DNA of 64,000 nt from an uncultured Candidatus Rokubacteria bacterium (GCA_963699775.1 CAVOVE010000001.1:219772-283771); one strand, 5' to 3'; positions 1 through 14,546 are shown, counted from the stretch's first letter. Notes: generated from the sequence alone by a model not told the origin. Numbers and translations: made by a program.

Positions 1-2285
<2,285 letters not shown>

Positions 2286-2363
2286 ACGACCGGGGGCGGA
2301 TCGTTCCTGACACCTGTTTTTACCGCGTGCGCAACGTTACATTTTTTTCGAGGAGTTAGGCGC

Positions 2364-4349
2364 ATGTCCCGCCCGCGGACCCCGACATGCGCGTGCGCGG
2401 AAGAATTCAGCCGTGCGATCGAACCGCTGAGGGCGTGCACGTCGGCGGCGCGCGCGCTGGCCCTCGGGGTCCTCTGGTTCCTGGTCGCCGCGGTTTCCCC
2501 GGTCGCGGCGGCCGAGGAGCGCACGTCCCTGCTGCTCCTGCCGATTGCGAGCGGGACCCCCGGCCAGGAGTGGTCGGCAAAGGCGCTCGGGGGCATTCTC
2601 GAGGACGGCTTCGGTTCCTTGAGCTCCGTGCGCCTGGTGGCCGGGACCGCGCGCGAGGCTGCTCTGCGTGAACTTGCCGCCGCCGCGGTGACGCCCGAGG
2701 CGTTCCTGGACATCTGTCGTCGGGCGGGTGCGGATCTGGCCGTCCTGGGCGGGAGCACCCTGGTCGCGGGGCGACTGGACCTCGAGGTCAGGATTTTCGA
2801 TGTCGGTGCGGCCCGGGAGTTGCCGTCTTTTCGCGGGAACGAACCGCCGGCGCGGGCGTTCATCCTGGTGGAGGCCGCCGTCCGGCACGTGGCGTCCGAG
2901 GCGGGCCTCGGCAGTGCGGATCCGCTCTTCCCCAGGGGTGTCACCGTTTCACTTGAGGCGTACGCCGCCTACCGGACTGCGCTGCTCGAGGCGGCGCCCG
3001 CGGCGCGGATCGAGAAATTGCGCGGGGTGCTCGCGCTCGACGCCAACTACGCGGACCCGACCCTGCGGCTCGGGGTCGAACTCTTCCGGCAAGGTTCGCT
3101 GGATGAGGCGCTGGTCGTCCTGGAGCGTGCCGTCGCCCTTGGCCCCCGGACAGCCGAGGCCCGCAACAACTACGGGGTCGCTCTCGCGGCCGCCGGCCGC
3201 CCGGAACCGGCACAGCGGCAGTTCGAGGAGGCGGTTGCGCTCGCGACCGACTACGCCGAGGCGCGGTTGAACCTGGCGCGGGTGTTCGATGACCGCGGCC
3301 GCCCCGCGGACGCGGAGAAGCAGTACCGGGTGGTCCTGGAGGCCGATGCCGGCAACGACAAGGCGCGCTCCGAACTCGCCGCGCTCTATGACAGAACGGG
3401 TCGGCCGGAGCTCGCCGTCAGAGAGTTCCGGCTGTTGTCGGCGCGCCGCCCCGATCTCGCCGAGGCGGAATTCATTCGCGTCGGGCAGGAGGCGCGCAAG
3501 GCCCGCGAATACGCGCGGGCCGAGAAGTTCTTCCTGCGCGCCGCCGACATCAATCCGCAGTATGCGCAGGCCTGGGCGGAACTGGGGACCAACAGCTATC
3601 TTGCCGGGGGGTACTCCAAGGCCGCGGAGTACTTCCGCAAGGCGCTGGCGATCGATCCGGGCCAGGCCGCGAACCACTACTTTCTCGGCCTCGCCCTCGA
3701 AAAGGACCGCCAGCGGGACGAGGCGTTGCGGGAGTACCGGCGCGCGGTTGAACTGGGCGGTCCGCCCGAGGCGCGGCTCGGCCTGGCTCGTGCGGCGCTC
3801 GAGTCGGGCGACCCGGGCCTGGCGGTCCAGGAGCTGAACCGGTTGCTCGTCGCCAGCCCCGACCACGCGGAGGCCAAGGCCCTGCTCGCCCAGGCCACCG
3901 GCGAAATGGAGGCTCGCCGCCGGCTCGTCGAGGGGCAGAGCCAGTTCGCGAACCAGCGGCTGGCGCGGCTCGAGCAGATCGTCGCCGACACCAACCGCGC
4001 CAATCGCGAGCTTGAAGCGCGTCTGCAGGCCGTGACGCAGGAGAAGCTCTTGCTGGAAAGGCAGGGACCGCCGCCGGCGGGCGGCTCCCCGGCGACGGAG
4101 GAGATCGTCCGCGAACTGGAGCGCGCCCTCGAGATCAGCCGTCTGGCGGTGCGCAACCTTGCGCTGGAGCTCGGCCGCATCTCCCTGCGGGCCCGGTCCT
4201 GGGAGCGGGCGCGAGGGTATTTCGAGCAGGCGGCCGAGGCCGACCCGCGCAGCGCCGAGGCCTGGAACGGGCTGGGGGAGGCGTTCTCCCGGCTCGGTCA
4301 GCCCGAGAAGTCGCAACTGATGTACGACAAGGCCAAGCACACGGAGTAG
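2364..4349 (+). CDS. Membrane-anchored TPR-repeat protein with C-terminal coiled coil
   Basis: 661-aa ORF with N-terminal hydrophobic segment ALALGVLWFLVAAVSPVAAA, multiple TPR-like A/L-rich repeats and a coiled-coil C-terminus. Preceded by a GAGGAG ribosome-binding site. Confidence 0.65.
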   Translation: MSRPRTPTCACAEEFSRAIEPLRACTSAARALALGVLWFLVAAVSPVAAAEERTSLLLLPIASGTPGQEWSAKALGGILEDGFGSLSSVRLVAGTAREAALRELAAAAVTPEAFLDICRRAGADLAVLGGSTLVAGRLDLEVRIFDVGAARELPSFRGNEPPARAFILVEAAVRHVASEAGLGSADPLFPRGVTVSLEAYAAYRTALLEAAPAARIEKLRGVLALDANYADPTLRLGVELFRQGSLDEALVVLERAVALGPRTAEARNNYGVALAAAGRPEPAQRQFEEAVALATDYAEARLNLARVFDDRGRPADAEKQYRVVLEADAGNDKARSELAALYDRTGRPELAVREFRLLSARRPDLAEAEFIRVGQEARKAREYARAEKFFLRAADINPQYAQAWAELGTNSYLAGGYSKAAEYFRKALAIDPGQAANHYFLGLALEKDRQRDEALREYRRAVELGGPPEARLGLARAALESGDPGLAVQELNRLLVASPDHAEAKALLAQATGEMEARRRLVEGQSQFANQRLARLEQIVADTNRANRELEARLQAVTQEKLLLERQGPPPAGGSPATEEIVRELERALEISRLAVRNLALELGRISLRARSWERARGYFEQAAEADPRSAEAWNGLGEAFSRLGQPEKSQLMYDKAKHTE

Positions 4350-4362
4350 CGGGGGGAGGCAG

Positions 4363-5175
4363 ATGGGGAAGGTGAAGGTGGCGGGCATCCAGATGGCGTG
4401 CGTCGCGGCGCGGGAGAAGAACCTCGCGAAGGCGGTGACGCTCGGCCGGATGGCGGCGGAGCATGGGGCCAGGGTGGTCTGCTATCAGCAGCTGCTTTCG
4501 ACCCTCTGGTTTCCGCGCGGTCGGGACGAGGGTCACTTCGCGCTGGCCGAGGGGGAGGATGGGCCGACGCTCGACGCGCTGCGGCCGCTCGCGGTCGAAA
4601 CCGGCGTGACGCTGATCTGCCCCTTGTTCGAGCGGTCAGCGGCAGGCGCCTGCTACAACACCGCGGTGGTCGTCGGCCCCGACGGCGGGCTGCTGGGAAA
4701 ATATCGCAAGGTGCACGTGCCGGACCTCCCCCTCTGGGAGGAGACCTACTATTTCCAGCCCGGGGACACGGGATTCCCGGTTTTCGAGAGTCAGGGGCTG
4801 CGCTTCGGCGTGCAGTTGTGCTGGGACAACTTTTTCCCCGAGGGTACGAGGCAGCTCGCGCTGGCCGGTGCCGAACTGGTTTTCGCCCCGAACGCCGCGG
4901 CGTTCGCCACCACCCGCAAGTGGGAGACGGTGCTCGCCGCCAACGCCATCGTCAACAATATGTATGTTTTCCGCGTGAACCGCGTCGGCCGCGAGGAGCG
5001 CCAGGACTTCTACGGGCGGAGCGTCTGTATCGATCCGGAAGGAGAATTCCTGCTGCCGCCGAGCGGCATGCACGATGGGGTGGTTTTCGCCGACATCGAC
5101 CCGGGGGCCGTGCGGGCCGTCCGCGAGGAGTGGAGCTTCCTGCGCGACCGCCGCCCGGAGGCTTACGGGGAGTAG
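4363..5175 (+). CDS. Carbon-nitrogen hydrolase family protein (nitrilase/amidase superfamily)
   Basis: 270-aa ORF with the CN-hydrolase fold pattern (GIQMA..., catalytic region LCWDNFFPE, VFAPNAAAF). Confidence 0.8.
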   Translation: MGKVKVAGIQMACVAAREKNLAKAVTLGRMAAEHGARVVCYQQLLSTLWFPRGRDEGHFALAEGEDGPTLDALRPLAVETGVTLICPLFERSAAGACYNTAVVVGPDGGLLGKYRKVHVPDLPLWEETYYFQPGDTGFPVFESQGLRFGVQLCWDNFFPEGTRQLALAGAELVFAPNAAAFATTRKWETVLAANAIVNNMYVFRVNRVGREERQDFYGRSVCIDPEGEFLLPPSGMHDGVVFADIDPGAVRAVREEWSFLRDRRPEAYGE

Positions 5176-5183
5176 GCCCGCCC

Positions 5184-8100
5184 ATGCGCCGCATCCGCCC
5201 CAGGGTCGTCATTGCCGGCTGCCTGCTCGGGAGCCTGGCCCTGGTGACTGCCGTGGCCTGGCACCAGGGCAGTTTCTTGAGCGGGAGTGCGGCGAACTAC
5301 CTGCGCGAGCGGCTTGGCGCCGAATTCGGCGCGCAGTTCCAGACGACCGACTTGCGGGGGACCTGGTTTCCGCCCGGGATTTCCCTCGGGCGTGTCACCA
5401 TCCAGCGGCCGGGCGAAACACGGGTGCTCACGGCGGAGGACGTCAGGATTTCGTTCAACCCCTATGCCGTGCTTTTCGGGCGCGAGCGGCTTGGCCGCGT
5501 GGTGCTCGTTCGCCCGCGGCTCTTCGTGCGCCCCGCAACCGGACGGGTCATGGCCCGCGATGCGCCGCCGTCGCGTCGGCGTCGGCGAAATCGCCGGCAT
5601 CAGGCCCGGCTCCGGCTCCGCCGCCGGGCGCTCCGGTGATTCCGGCAGAGGTGGCCGCGCAGGTGCGCTCCTTCCTGCGGCCGCCCTTCCCCCTGCGGGT
5701 TCTCGAGGTCGTCGACGGCAGGGTCGAGATGTCGGACCGCGCCGGCCGGAGCGTTGACGCGACCGGGGTCAACCTGTCGGTCTTCGTTTCCCGCGGGGGC
5801 GCACGCACCGTTCTGGAGGTCGGGCGTCTCGTGACCGGGCGCTCCGGGAAACAGGTCGATCTGGGCCGGGTGGATGCCGACGTCACGATCGGGGAGCACC
5901 AGGTCACGGTGCGCGAGCTCAGCCTCGCGGGCGGGGCGCTCACGGGGACGCTCCGCGGGACGGCGAGCGCCACGGGTGTGCTCGCGCTCAAGGGCGAGCT
6001 GTCGGCGCGCCTCGAGAAAATTGCGGCGCTGCTCGGCCGGCCGACCGCCGCCGGCGGCGTGGCGCGATTTGCGGGCGAGATCGCCGGGGACTGGCGCAAC
6101 CCGGTGGTGACGGGGGCCCTTGCCGTTCAGGAACTCGTCGCCGGGGGATACCGCTGGCCGCAGGCGCGAGGGCAGGTCGCCTGGGACGGTGGTCGTCTCT
6201 CCTGGTCGCGACTGCGCCTGCCGGTTGGCGAAGGGGACGTGACCACCGCCGGGGAGGTCGATTTCTCGGGCGACGCGCCGCGCTACCGGATCGAAGCCAC
6301 GGCGCGCGCTCTCGATCCGGCGAAGTTGCCGGCCGCGCAGGACGGGATCGCCGCCCGGGTGCTCGGGCTCGCGGGCACGCTGCAGTGGCAGGGCGCCGGG
6401 ATCGGCGCTGAAGCTTCAGGCAGCGGCCGTCTGGCCACGCGGTTCACGGCCGCCTCCTGGCCCGGAGAGGAGGTCGTTGCGGAAGCCGCGGTGTCGCTCG
6501 ACCGGGGCCTGGTTTCAGTCGCATCGTTCCGCGGAGCGACGCGCACGCTGGAGGTTGCCGGCGCCGGGTCCTGGAGCCGGGAGGAGGGCTTTTCCGGGCG
6601 CATCGACGGCACGGTCGGCGATCTGGCACGGCTGCTGCCGCCGGGGAAGATCGCGCTCGGCGGCAACGGACAGCTTCGGGGGGGATTTCACGGCGGACGC
6701 GCAGGGCCCGCGCTTCTCCGGCGAGGTGCAGCTGGCGCAGGCCACCGTCGGCGCCCTGCGGGGGATCGAGGGCAGCGCCCGGTTCGCGGCGGACGCCGGC
6801 AGCGTGCGGATCGCGGCGGGCGCCGTGGCCTGGCCGGGCGGTCGTGGCAGCGTCAGCGGCACGGTCGAGCTGCCATCCGGACGGCTCGACCTGGTGGCGG
6901 ATCTCGAGCAACTCTCGCTCCAGGAGGCCGCGCGCCTGCTCGGGACGGATCCGCGGCTTGTCGAGGGGGTGCTCGAGGCACGGCTGCGGCTGCGCGGGAC
7001 GGCCGGCGCCCCCGAGATCGAAGGCGAGGTTACCGGGAGGGCGCTGCGCTACCGCACTGTTGCCGTGGATGAGGGATCGCTCTCGCTGAGCTATGCCGCC
7101 CGGCGACTCGGCGTCAACCGGCTGCGGCTGCGCCGCGGGTCGACCGAGCTGGCGTTCCACGGTGCGCTCCTCGAGGGGTGGGCGATCGAGGGGGAGTTCG
7201 AGAGCCCGGCTTTCACGTTCGCCGACTTTGCGCCGCTCGCCGGCCTGGAGCTCACCGGTTCGATCCGTGGACGGGTGAGCGGGCAATTGGCCGACCCGCA
7301 GATCGCCGGCGACGTGCGCGCCGATCATCTGCGCTACGCGGGCTTTGATTTCAAGGGCGGGGAGCTCTCGATCAACTACCGGAGGGGGGCGGTCGCCGTC
7401 GAGGGTTGGATCGCGGCCCGGGAGAACCGGCTGCGCGCGGTCGTGGAGCCGGCCAGGGACTGGCGTTTCGAGTCGGATCTCGAGCTGCAACAGCTGGCCC
7501 CGGAACTGGTCCGTTCGGGACTCGGCGCATTTCCGCCGGCGTTGGCCCAGGCACTGGGGCGAGCCTCCTTCCTGGCCACCGGGCGGATTCAGGGGAGCGG
7601 GCGGCTGCTTGATCCCGCCTCGGTGCGGGTCGAGGTGCGGCTGGACACGCTGTGGCTCCAGGCGGCCGAAAAATCGCTGCAGAACCTCGCGCCGGTGCGG
7701 ATCTCCTGGCGCGACGCGGGGCTCGTGGTCGAGGATTTCCGGCTGGCCAGCGAACAATACCACCTGTCGGTTCGCGGGGGCGGGAGCCACTCCGAGGGGT
7801 GGAACCTGCAAGCCGAAGGCGCGGTGAATCTCTCCGTCTTCAAGGAGTACTGGCCCGAGATCGAGGACGTCGATGGCCGCGGCGAGCTCAAGCTGACGCT
7901 CGGCGGTCCGTGGTCGGCGCCGCAGCCCGAGGGCAGCCTCACCATCCGCGAGGCGTTCGTCAGAGTCCGGTCGCTCCCCGAGCCGCTCGAGCATCTCGAG
8001 GGCCGTCTGGAGCTGCGCGGCCGCACGCTGACCGCCACCGGCCTCTCGGGAACCATGCTCGGCGGTGCGTTCCGCGGCGGCGGCAGCTATCAGTTCGCGC

Positions 8101-9381
8101 AGGACCGCCTCGAGGCAAACGTCGAGGGACGCCTCGACCTGTCGCTGTTTCGGGCGCGAATCCCGGCGGCGCGCGAGTTGCGCGGGCCGGTCGAAGTCCG
8201 GCTGCGCATGGCCGGACCTCTCGCCGCCCCCGCGTTTTCAGGGGACGTCGAGGTCCTTGACGCGGAAATGTTTTTTCGGCCGTTCCCCGCCAAGATCACG
8301 CATCTGCGGGGCACGATTCTCGTGGCGGACGATCGCCTGGAAATCCGTGAACTTGCCGGGCAAACCGGGGGCGGCACGGTGCGTCTGACCGGGACGATGG
8401 ACTGGAGCCGCCCGCCGTTCCGGGTCGACGCCGAGCTCGACGGCAAGGACATCCTGGTCTCGCTCGCGGGCATCCTCAAGGCCCAGAGCGACCTGCACCT
8501 CGGCCTGCACGGCGATTTTCAGGACCTGAAGCTCGCGGGCGAGGTCCACATTCTCAAGGCGCGCTACCTGCGCGAATTCAAAGAGAAGCTGCCCCCGCTC
8601 GGTCTGACTCCGGCTCCGGCAGGCGCTTCCACCGCCGCCGGTGGCCCCAACCTTTCACGGATGGCGCTCGAGGTGAAGGTGCTCGCCGCCGACAACGTCT
8701 GGATCGACAACGGCACGGCGAAGATCGAGACCGCTGTCGCGCTGAAGATCGGCGGTCGGCTCGGCGCGCCGGTCGTGAGCGGCGAGCTCACCGCGATTCA
8801 GGGCGAAGCCACCTATTTTTCGCGGCAGTTCCGGCTCGAGAGCGGTTCCCTGCGGTTCGTGCCGCCGGCGCTGGTCCCGCTGCTCGAAGTCCAGGGCTCG
8901 ACCTCGGTCGGCGACACACAGATTTCTATTCTCGTCGGCGGCCCGCTCAACAAGCTCTCCTACTACCTGACCTCCCCGACCGGCGCAGCGCCAGGAGGAT
9001 CTCATCGCGCTGCTGACCGTCGGCGAGACGCGCAGCAGCCTGACGGACCGGGGCGAGAGCGCAGCGATCGCCGGGGCGGCGGTTTTCGGCTCCGAGTGGC
9101 TGGTGAACGCGCTCGGCGACGGCGCCCGCAACGCGGTGGGCCTGGACGTTCTCCAGCTCGAGCCGGTCGTCGGAGACAACAACCAGGTTTCGGCCCGGGT
9201 CACCCTCGGGACGCACGTGTCGGACCGGCTCTTCGTGAGCTACTCGCAAAATCTCGGCGCCACGGAGGACCAGCAGGTCACGGTGCAGTACTCCCTGCTC
9301 GACAGCCTCTCGCTCCTGGGGAAGGAACTGCGGCAGGGGATCTACAGCCTCGACCTGGTCTTCAGGTACGCGATAAAATGA
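5184..9381 (+). CDS. tamB: TamB/AsmA-family translocation-and-assembly module protein (DUF490 C-terminus); about 3 frameshifts
   Basis: About 1400 aa reconstructed from ORFs 4398..5639, 5075..7072, 6477..9986 and 9103..9381. N-terminal signal anchor, long beta-rich repetitive body, C-terminal DUF490-like end (LVFRYAIK). Stop overlaps the start of the next gene (ATGA). Confidence 0.7.
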
Positions 9382-12155
9382 GGGCGTTCGGCAGACTGAC
9401 GGGTTTCGTCGCCGCGCTGCTCCTGGTCGCGCCGCCGGTTTTCGCCGCCGGAACTCCCCGGGTGGCGGCTGTCACGTTTGCCCCCACGGACCGGATCGGA
9501 TCGTACCGCTACGCCGACCTCGTCACGGTTCGGGCGGGCGATCCGCTGACCCCGGACCTGCTCGAGCGCAACCTGCGTCTGCTGCGCGCAACGGGCCTCT
9601 TCGTCGAAGCCGAGGCCCGGTTGTCCGAGCGCCCCGACGGCGCCGAGCTGATCTTCACCCTGCGACCGCACCTGCTGGTCAAGGACGTACGGGTCAAGGG
9701 CAACATCATCATTCTCGAGCGCGACCTGGAGCGCATGCTGCGCCTGCGTCCCGCCGAACCATTCAGCGAGGAGATCGTCCGCGGCGGACATCGAGCGGAT
9801 ACTCCGCTTCTACCAGGAGCAGGGGCACGAGGGCGCCACGGTCGTCGAGGAGGTTTCCCGCGCTTCCGGCCAGGTCCGCGTGACGTACCGCATCGGCGAG
9901 GGGCGGCCCCGGGTCGTGCACAAGGTGCTTCTGCGCGGCAACCGCGGCCTGGAGCACGAGCGAGATCCTCGGGGTGCTCGGGATGAACCGGTACACCTTC
10001 TACCGCGGTTCCGACCTCCAGCGCGGGCTCGACAAGCCTGCGGGATTATTACCAGCGGCGCGGCTACCTCGACGTCCGCCTCAACTCGAACGTCGAGGCC
10101 AGCACCGGGTCCTTCGCGTTTCTGGCCGCGCTGACCAACCCGATCAAGGGGCTGCTCCAACTCGGCCACGGGGGCTACCAGCTCGTGGCGATCACCGTCG
10201 AAATCGACGAGGGACGCCGGTCCGAGGCTTCGTTCAGCGGCATCAAGGCTTTCAGCGAGGGCGATCTGCGCCCGCTGCTGACGTTCCAGCGGTCAGGTTT
10301 TTTCGACGACGAGGAGGTCGCGGCCGGGCGCGAGCGGATTCTTGCCTTCTACCAGGAGCGGGGCTGGTACCTTGCCGAAGTCGATGCCCGGGCCGACTAT
10401 GAAGCCGGACACGTCGTCTATGTCGTGCGTGAAAACCACCCGGTCCCGGTCGCGGAGGTGCGCCTGGTCGGGTTCACCCACTTCGGCGCGGACTGGCTGC
10501 GCCAACGGCTCGACACCCGCCCCTCGAGCGGCGAGGTGCCGCACCTGCTGCAGACGCCGCTGCTCGAGCGCGACCGGCTCAGGATCCGGTCCTTGTACCG
10601 CGACGCCGGCTTTACCCGGGTCGAGGTCCCGCCGCCCGAGGTCTGGCCCGAGGCCGGACCCGCGGGCGCGGTCGTGATTTTCACGGTGCGAGAAGGGCCC
10701 CGCACCCTGCTGCGCTCTGTCTCCTTCGCGGGCGCGGGCGCGCTTTCGAGAGAGCAGTTGTTGGCGGCCACGCGCTTCGAGGAGGGCGCCCCCTTCCGCG
10801 AAGCGGACCTCAAGCCGGCGGTGGACCGCGTGCGCGCCGCCTACGCGAGGATCGGGTATTCGCAGTGCGCGGTGACCGTTCGCCCGGATTTCGGGGTGGA
10901 TCGCACCAGAGTCGACCTGCGCTTCACGGTGACCGAGGGGCGGCGGCGGCGGCTCGGCGTCGTCGCCGTGACCGGCAACGCCCGGACCAGGCGGCGCGTC
11001 ATCCTGCGTGAACTGCCGCTGGCGCCCGGGGATCCGCTCGACCCGGAGGCGCTGGCGAAGGGCAAGAGCGAGCTCTACGATCTCGGGCTCTTCCGCGAGG
11101 TGCGGTACGTGCTGCCCGAACCGGTCTCCCCCGGGGGGCCCCAGGACCTGGTGCTCGCCGTTCGCGAGCGGCCGACGGGCTTCGTCGGGTTCGGCGTCGG
11201 CTACTCCAGCGACGAGCGCTTCCGCGGGTTCGTGGAAGCCGGGGAGCAGAATCTCTTCGGCACCGCGCGGAGCCTGCGCTGGAAGACGAAGGTCAGCGAA
11301 ATCGGCTACCGCCACGACCTGTTCTACCAGGAGCCCTGGCTCTTCGACTACCGGCTCCAGGGGCAGGCCGACCTCTACCTCGAGAGCCAGGAGGAAACCG
11401 GGTACAAGGTGCGCCGCGAGGGTCTGGCGCTCGGGGCCAACCGGGAGTTCACGCCAGCAGCTGCTGCTCAACCTGCGCTACCGCTACGAGCTCGTGGATT
11501 ATTCGAACGTCGACCCGGATCTCACGGCCGAACTCGGTCCCCTGGAGAACTTCAACATCGGCAGCGTCGGCCTCGTGGCTCGCCTACGACCGCCGCGACA
11601 ACCCGATCAAGCCGCGGCGGGGCTCCAACCAGCTGGCGAGCGTCGAGGTGGCGCGGCCGCTCTTCGGCGGCAACGTCTCGTTCACCAAATACAAGCTCGA
11701 ATCCGTGTGGTTCCTGCCGCTCTGGGACGGCGCCGAAATCGCCCTCGGGCTGCGCGGCGGGTTCACGCAGCTGCTCCTCAGCGCCGAGGATCTCCCGCTT
11801 TCCGAGCGGTTTTTCCTCGGCGGCGACCGCAGCGTGCGCGGCTACGGCTACAAGGGCGATCGGCCCGAAGGACGCCGCCGGCAACCCGCTCGGCGGGAAC
11901 GCTTTCGCCCTGGGGAACGTCGAGTTGCGGTTCAGTGTCTATAAAAAGCTCCGCGGGGTGTTCTTCTTCGACGCGGGCGAACTGTGGGCGGATCAGGCCG
12001 GGCTGCCCCCTTCGGGGGTCAAGACCTCGGTCGGGACCGGGATACGCTACGAGACGCTCGTCGGGCCGATCCGCCTCGACTGGGGGTACAAGCTCAAGCC
12101 CGAGCCCGGCGAATCGCCGTCCCGCTGGCACCTGACCATCGGCTATCCTTTCTGA
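9379..12155 (+). CDS. bamA: Omp85-family outer membrane protein assembly factor (BamA/TamA-like); about 6 frameshifts
   Basis: Signal peptide MRAFGRLTGFVAALLLVAPPVFA, POTRA-like repeats, and a C-terminal Omp85 barrel ending ...RWHLTIGYPF. Spread over frames of ORFs 6477..9986, 9880..10134, 9974..10402, 10185..12155, 11008..12135 and 11648..11944. Confidence 0.7.
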
Positions 12156-12157
12156 TC

Positions 12158-12193
12158 CTCGGCGGCTCCGCGCATCTTCCCTCAGTGACGCCC
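12158..12193 (+). repeat. Solo fragment (3' core) of the dispersed MITE-like element
   Basis: ctcggcggctccgcgcatcttccctcagtgacgccc is nearly identical to the 3' core of the copies at 23771-23806 and 37560-37595. It lies immediately after the bamA stop. Confidence 0.5.
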
Positions 12194-12255
12194 TGGTTGT
12201 TTGAGAGTTGCGCAGCGTGCTGATAGACTGACGCGGCAATCAGGAGGAGCGGCTC

Positions 12256-12936
12256 GTGAATGGAGTTCGGTGTCGTGTCAAGGAGGCCGCCATCGCCCTG
12301 GTTGTCCTCGCCGGCGCTTTGGGTGCCACGGCGGAGACGGCCCGGGCCGAGGCGCCGGTGGCGGCGCTGGTGCGCTGCGTGCAGGATCGCTACGGGGGGT
12401 TGCGCAATCTCGCCGCCGACTTTGCGCAGGAGAGCCGGGTCGCCAGCCTCGGACGCCCCCGCACCCGCGCGGGGCGGCTTTTTTTCCAGGCGCCCGGGCG
12501 CATGCGCTGGGAATACGACGGTCCCGATCCCCAGGTGATCGTCGCGGACGGCAAGCAGCTCTGGTTTTACCGCCCCGAGCGCAATCAGGTGCTGATTCAG
12601 CCCCTGGACGCGGCATTCACCCGACAGACGCCGCTCCTCTTCCTGCTCGGGCAGGGCGATTTTGCCGCGGAATTCACGTGGGACGAGCGCGGGCTCGCAC
12701 CGGGCGCGGGGGGCCTGCAGAGCGTTGCGTTGCGGCCCCGCGTCGAGACGCCGGACCTGTCGCGCCTCGTGCTCGAGGTCGTGGCGGGGGAATGCCGACT
12801 CGCGGGGACGATCGTCGAGGATGCCTTCGGCAATGTCACGCACCTCGTCTTTTCCGGGGAGCGCGCCAACACCGACCTCGACGCCGGGTTGTTCCATTTC
12901 GACCCGCCCCGGGGTACGGAGGTCGTGCGGCCCTGA
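12256..12936 (+). CDS. lolA: LolA-like outer-membrane lipoprotein carrier protein
   Basis: 226 aa with a signal peptide and the LolA pattern (DFAQES...GRLFFQAPGRMRWEY...ADGKQLWFYRPERNQV). Confidence 0.65.
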   Translation: MNGVRCRVKEAAIALVVLAGALGATAETARAEAPVAALVRCVQDRYGGLRNLAADFAQESRVASLGRPRTRAGRLFFQAPGRMRWEYDGPDPQVIVADGKQLWFYRPERNQVLIQPLDAAFTRQTPLLFLLGQGDFAAEFTWDERGLAPGAGGLQSVALRPRVETPDLSRLVLEVVAGECRLAGTIVEDAFGNVTHLVFSGERANTDLDAGLFHFDPPRGTEVVRP

Positions 12937-13043
12937 CCGGTTGCTGAATACTCGTGAAACAGGCAGGCTGCTCGACAGGATCCGGGTGCGGGGCGTCTTT
13001 TTCGGCGGCCTGCTAGCTGGCGATTGCGCGGGAGGGACTGACG

Positions 13044-14546
13044 GTGACCGAGGCGGCCCTGATTCTCGTCGTCGACGACGAGCCCGACATCCTGAGCCTC
13101 AATCGCCTGATTCTCGAGCGCGAGGGTTGGCAGGTCATCACCGCCGGCGACGGCGTCGACGCGATCCAGAAGGCGATCGACCGGTCCCCCGACCTGATCG
13201 TCCTCGACGTCATGATGCCGCGCATGAACGGCTACCAGGTCTGCCGCCTGCTCAAGAGCGATCAGCTGACCGGGGATATACCGATCGTGATCTGCACGGT
13301 GCGCTCGCTCGACAGCGAAAAGCTCTATGCCTACACCTCCGGCGCCGATCACTACCTCACCAAACCTTTCGACCCCCCCGAGCTGGTGCGGCTGGTGCGC
13401 ACCATTCTCGCCTCCCGCCGGAATCCTCACCCGCGGCGCACCTCGGGCGCCAACGCCCTGCGGCACCCGACGAGCACGGACAGCATCCTCTCCGATGTCA
13501 ACCGGCTTCTCGATCGCCGTCTGATGGAGTTGACGATCCTCCAGCACGTGGCGGGCGCCATGGCCGGGACCCTGGACCTCGACGGGGTCCTCGGCATCGT
13601 GCTGCAGAGCATCGTCAACGACCTCGGGTACTCCGGCGGGATGATCTTTCTCGCGGGGGAGGGCGGCGTGCTCGAGGAGCGGGTGGCGCGCGAGGAGCCG
13701 CTCGTGCTCGACCCGGTGCGTCACCCGGTTTTCGGGCGGGCCCTGGCGGAGAAGAAGGTCGTCATCCTCGGGACCGAGGAGTTGCTCCACGACACGCCGG
13801 TGGAGTTCTCCTCGCGCGTCCACGCCGCGACCACCATCCTGGTCCCGATCCAGTCCAAGGGCCGCCCGATCGGCCTCCTGGTCGTCGAGAGCACCGCGCC
13901 CGTCGTGGACCGCGACCAGCGCGATTTCCTGCTGACGCTCGCCAACCAGTCCGGGCTGGCCATCGAAAACGCCAATCTCTACGCCAGCACCCTGCAGCTG
14001 TCGATCACCGACGGGCTCACCGGTATCTACAACTACCGGCACTTCTGCGAGCGTCTCGAAATCGAGATCTCCCGCTCGCGTCGCTACAATTCGCCGCTCG
14101 GTCTGCTGCTGATCGACATCGACCGCTTCAAGTCGTTCAACGACCGCTTCGGGCACCTCCTCGGCGACGAGGTGCTCAAGGCGGTGGCGCAGATCATCCG
14201 TTCCAACACGCGGGACGTCGACGTGGTGGCGCGCTACGGCGGCGAGGAGTTCTGCGTCATTCTCCAGGAGATCGGCGGGGAGGAGATCGGGGCTTACGCC
14301 GAACGCCTCCGCGCCGCAGTGGCCACCGTTCGCGTCGAGGTTCCCGGCGACGCGCGTCACGGGGTGACCGTGAGCGTCGGGGCGGCCGTGAGCCAGAGCG
14401 GGGACCCGGACGCGCACGAGTTCATCCGCCGTGCGGATGAGGCACTCTACCGCGCCAAGGAGGCGGGACGCGACAGGGTCTGCGTCTGGGGTGAGGTTGC
14501 CCGTGGAGAGGATCCCGGCGGCTCAGGAAAAAGTCACTTGACTTGA
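13044..14546 (+). CDS. Response regulator receiver-GAF-GGDEF diguanylate cyclase
   Basis: GTG start. REC domain (LVVDDEPD...DLIVLDVMMP...KPF), GAF domain, and a GGDEF domain with an intact GGEEF motif and RYNSP/DIDRFK. Confidence 0.8.
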   Translation: MTEAALILVVDDEPDILSLNRLILEREGWQVITAGDGVDAIQKAIDRSPDLIVLDVMMPRMNGYQVCRLLKSDQLTGDIPIVICTVRSLDSEKLYAYTSGADHYLTKPFDPPELVRLVRTILASRRNPHPRRTSGANALRHPTSTDSILSDVNRLLDRRLMELTILQHVAGAMAGTLDLDGVLGIVLQSIVNDLGYSGGMIFLAGEGGVLEERVAREEPLVLDPVRHPVFGRALAEKKVVILGTEELLHDTPVEFSSRVHAATTILVPIQSKGRPIGLLVVESTAPVVDRDQRDFLLTLANQSGLAIENANLYASTLQLSITDGLTGIYNYRHFCERLEIEISRSRRYNSPLGLLLIDIDRFKSFNDRFGHLLGDEVLKAVAQIIRSNTRDVDVVARYGGEEFCVILQEIGGEEIGAYAERLRAAVATVRVEVPGDARHGVTVSVGAAVSQSGDPDAHEFIRRADEALYRAKEAGRDRVCVWGEVARGEDPGGSGKSHLT

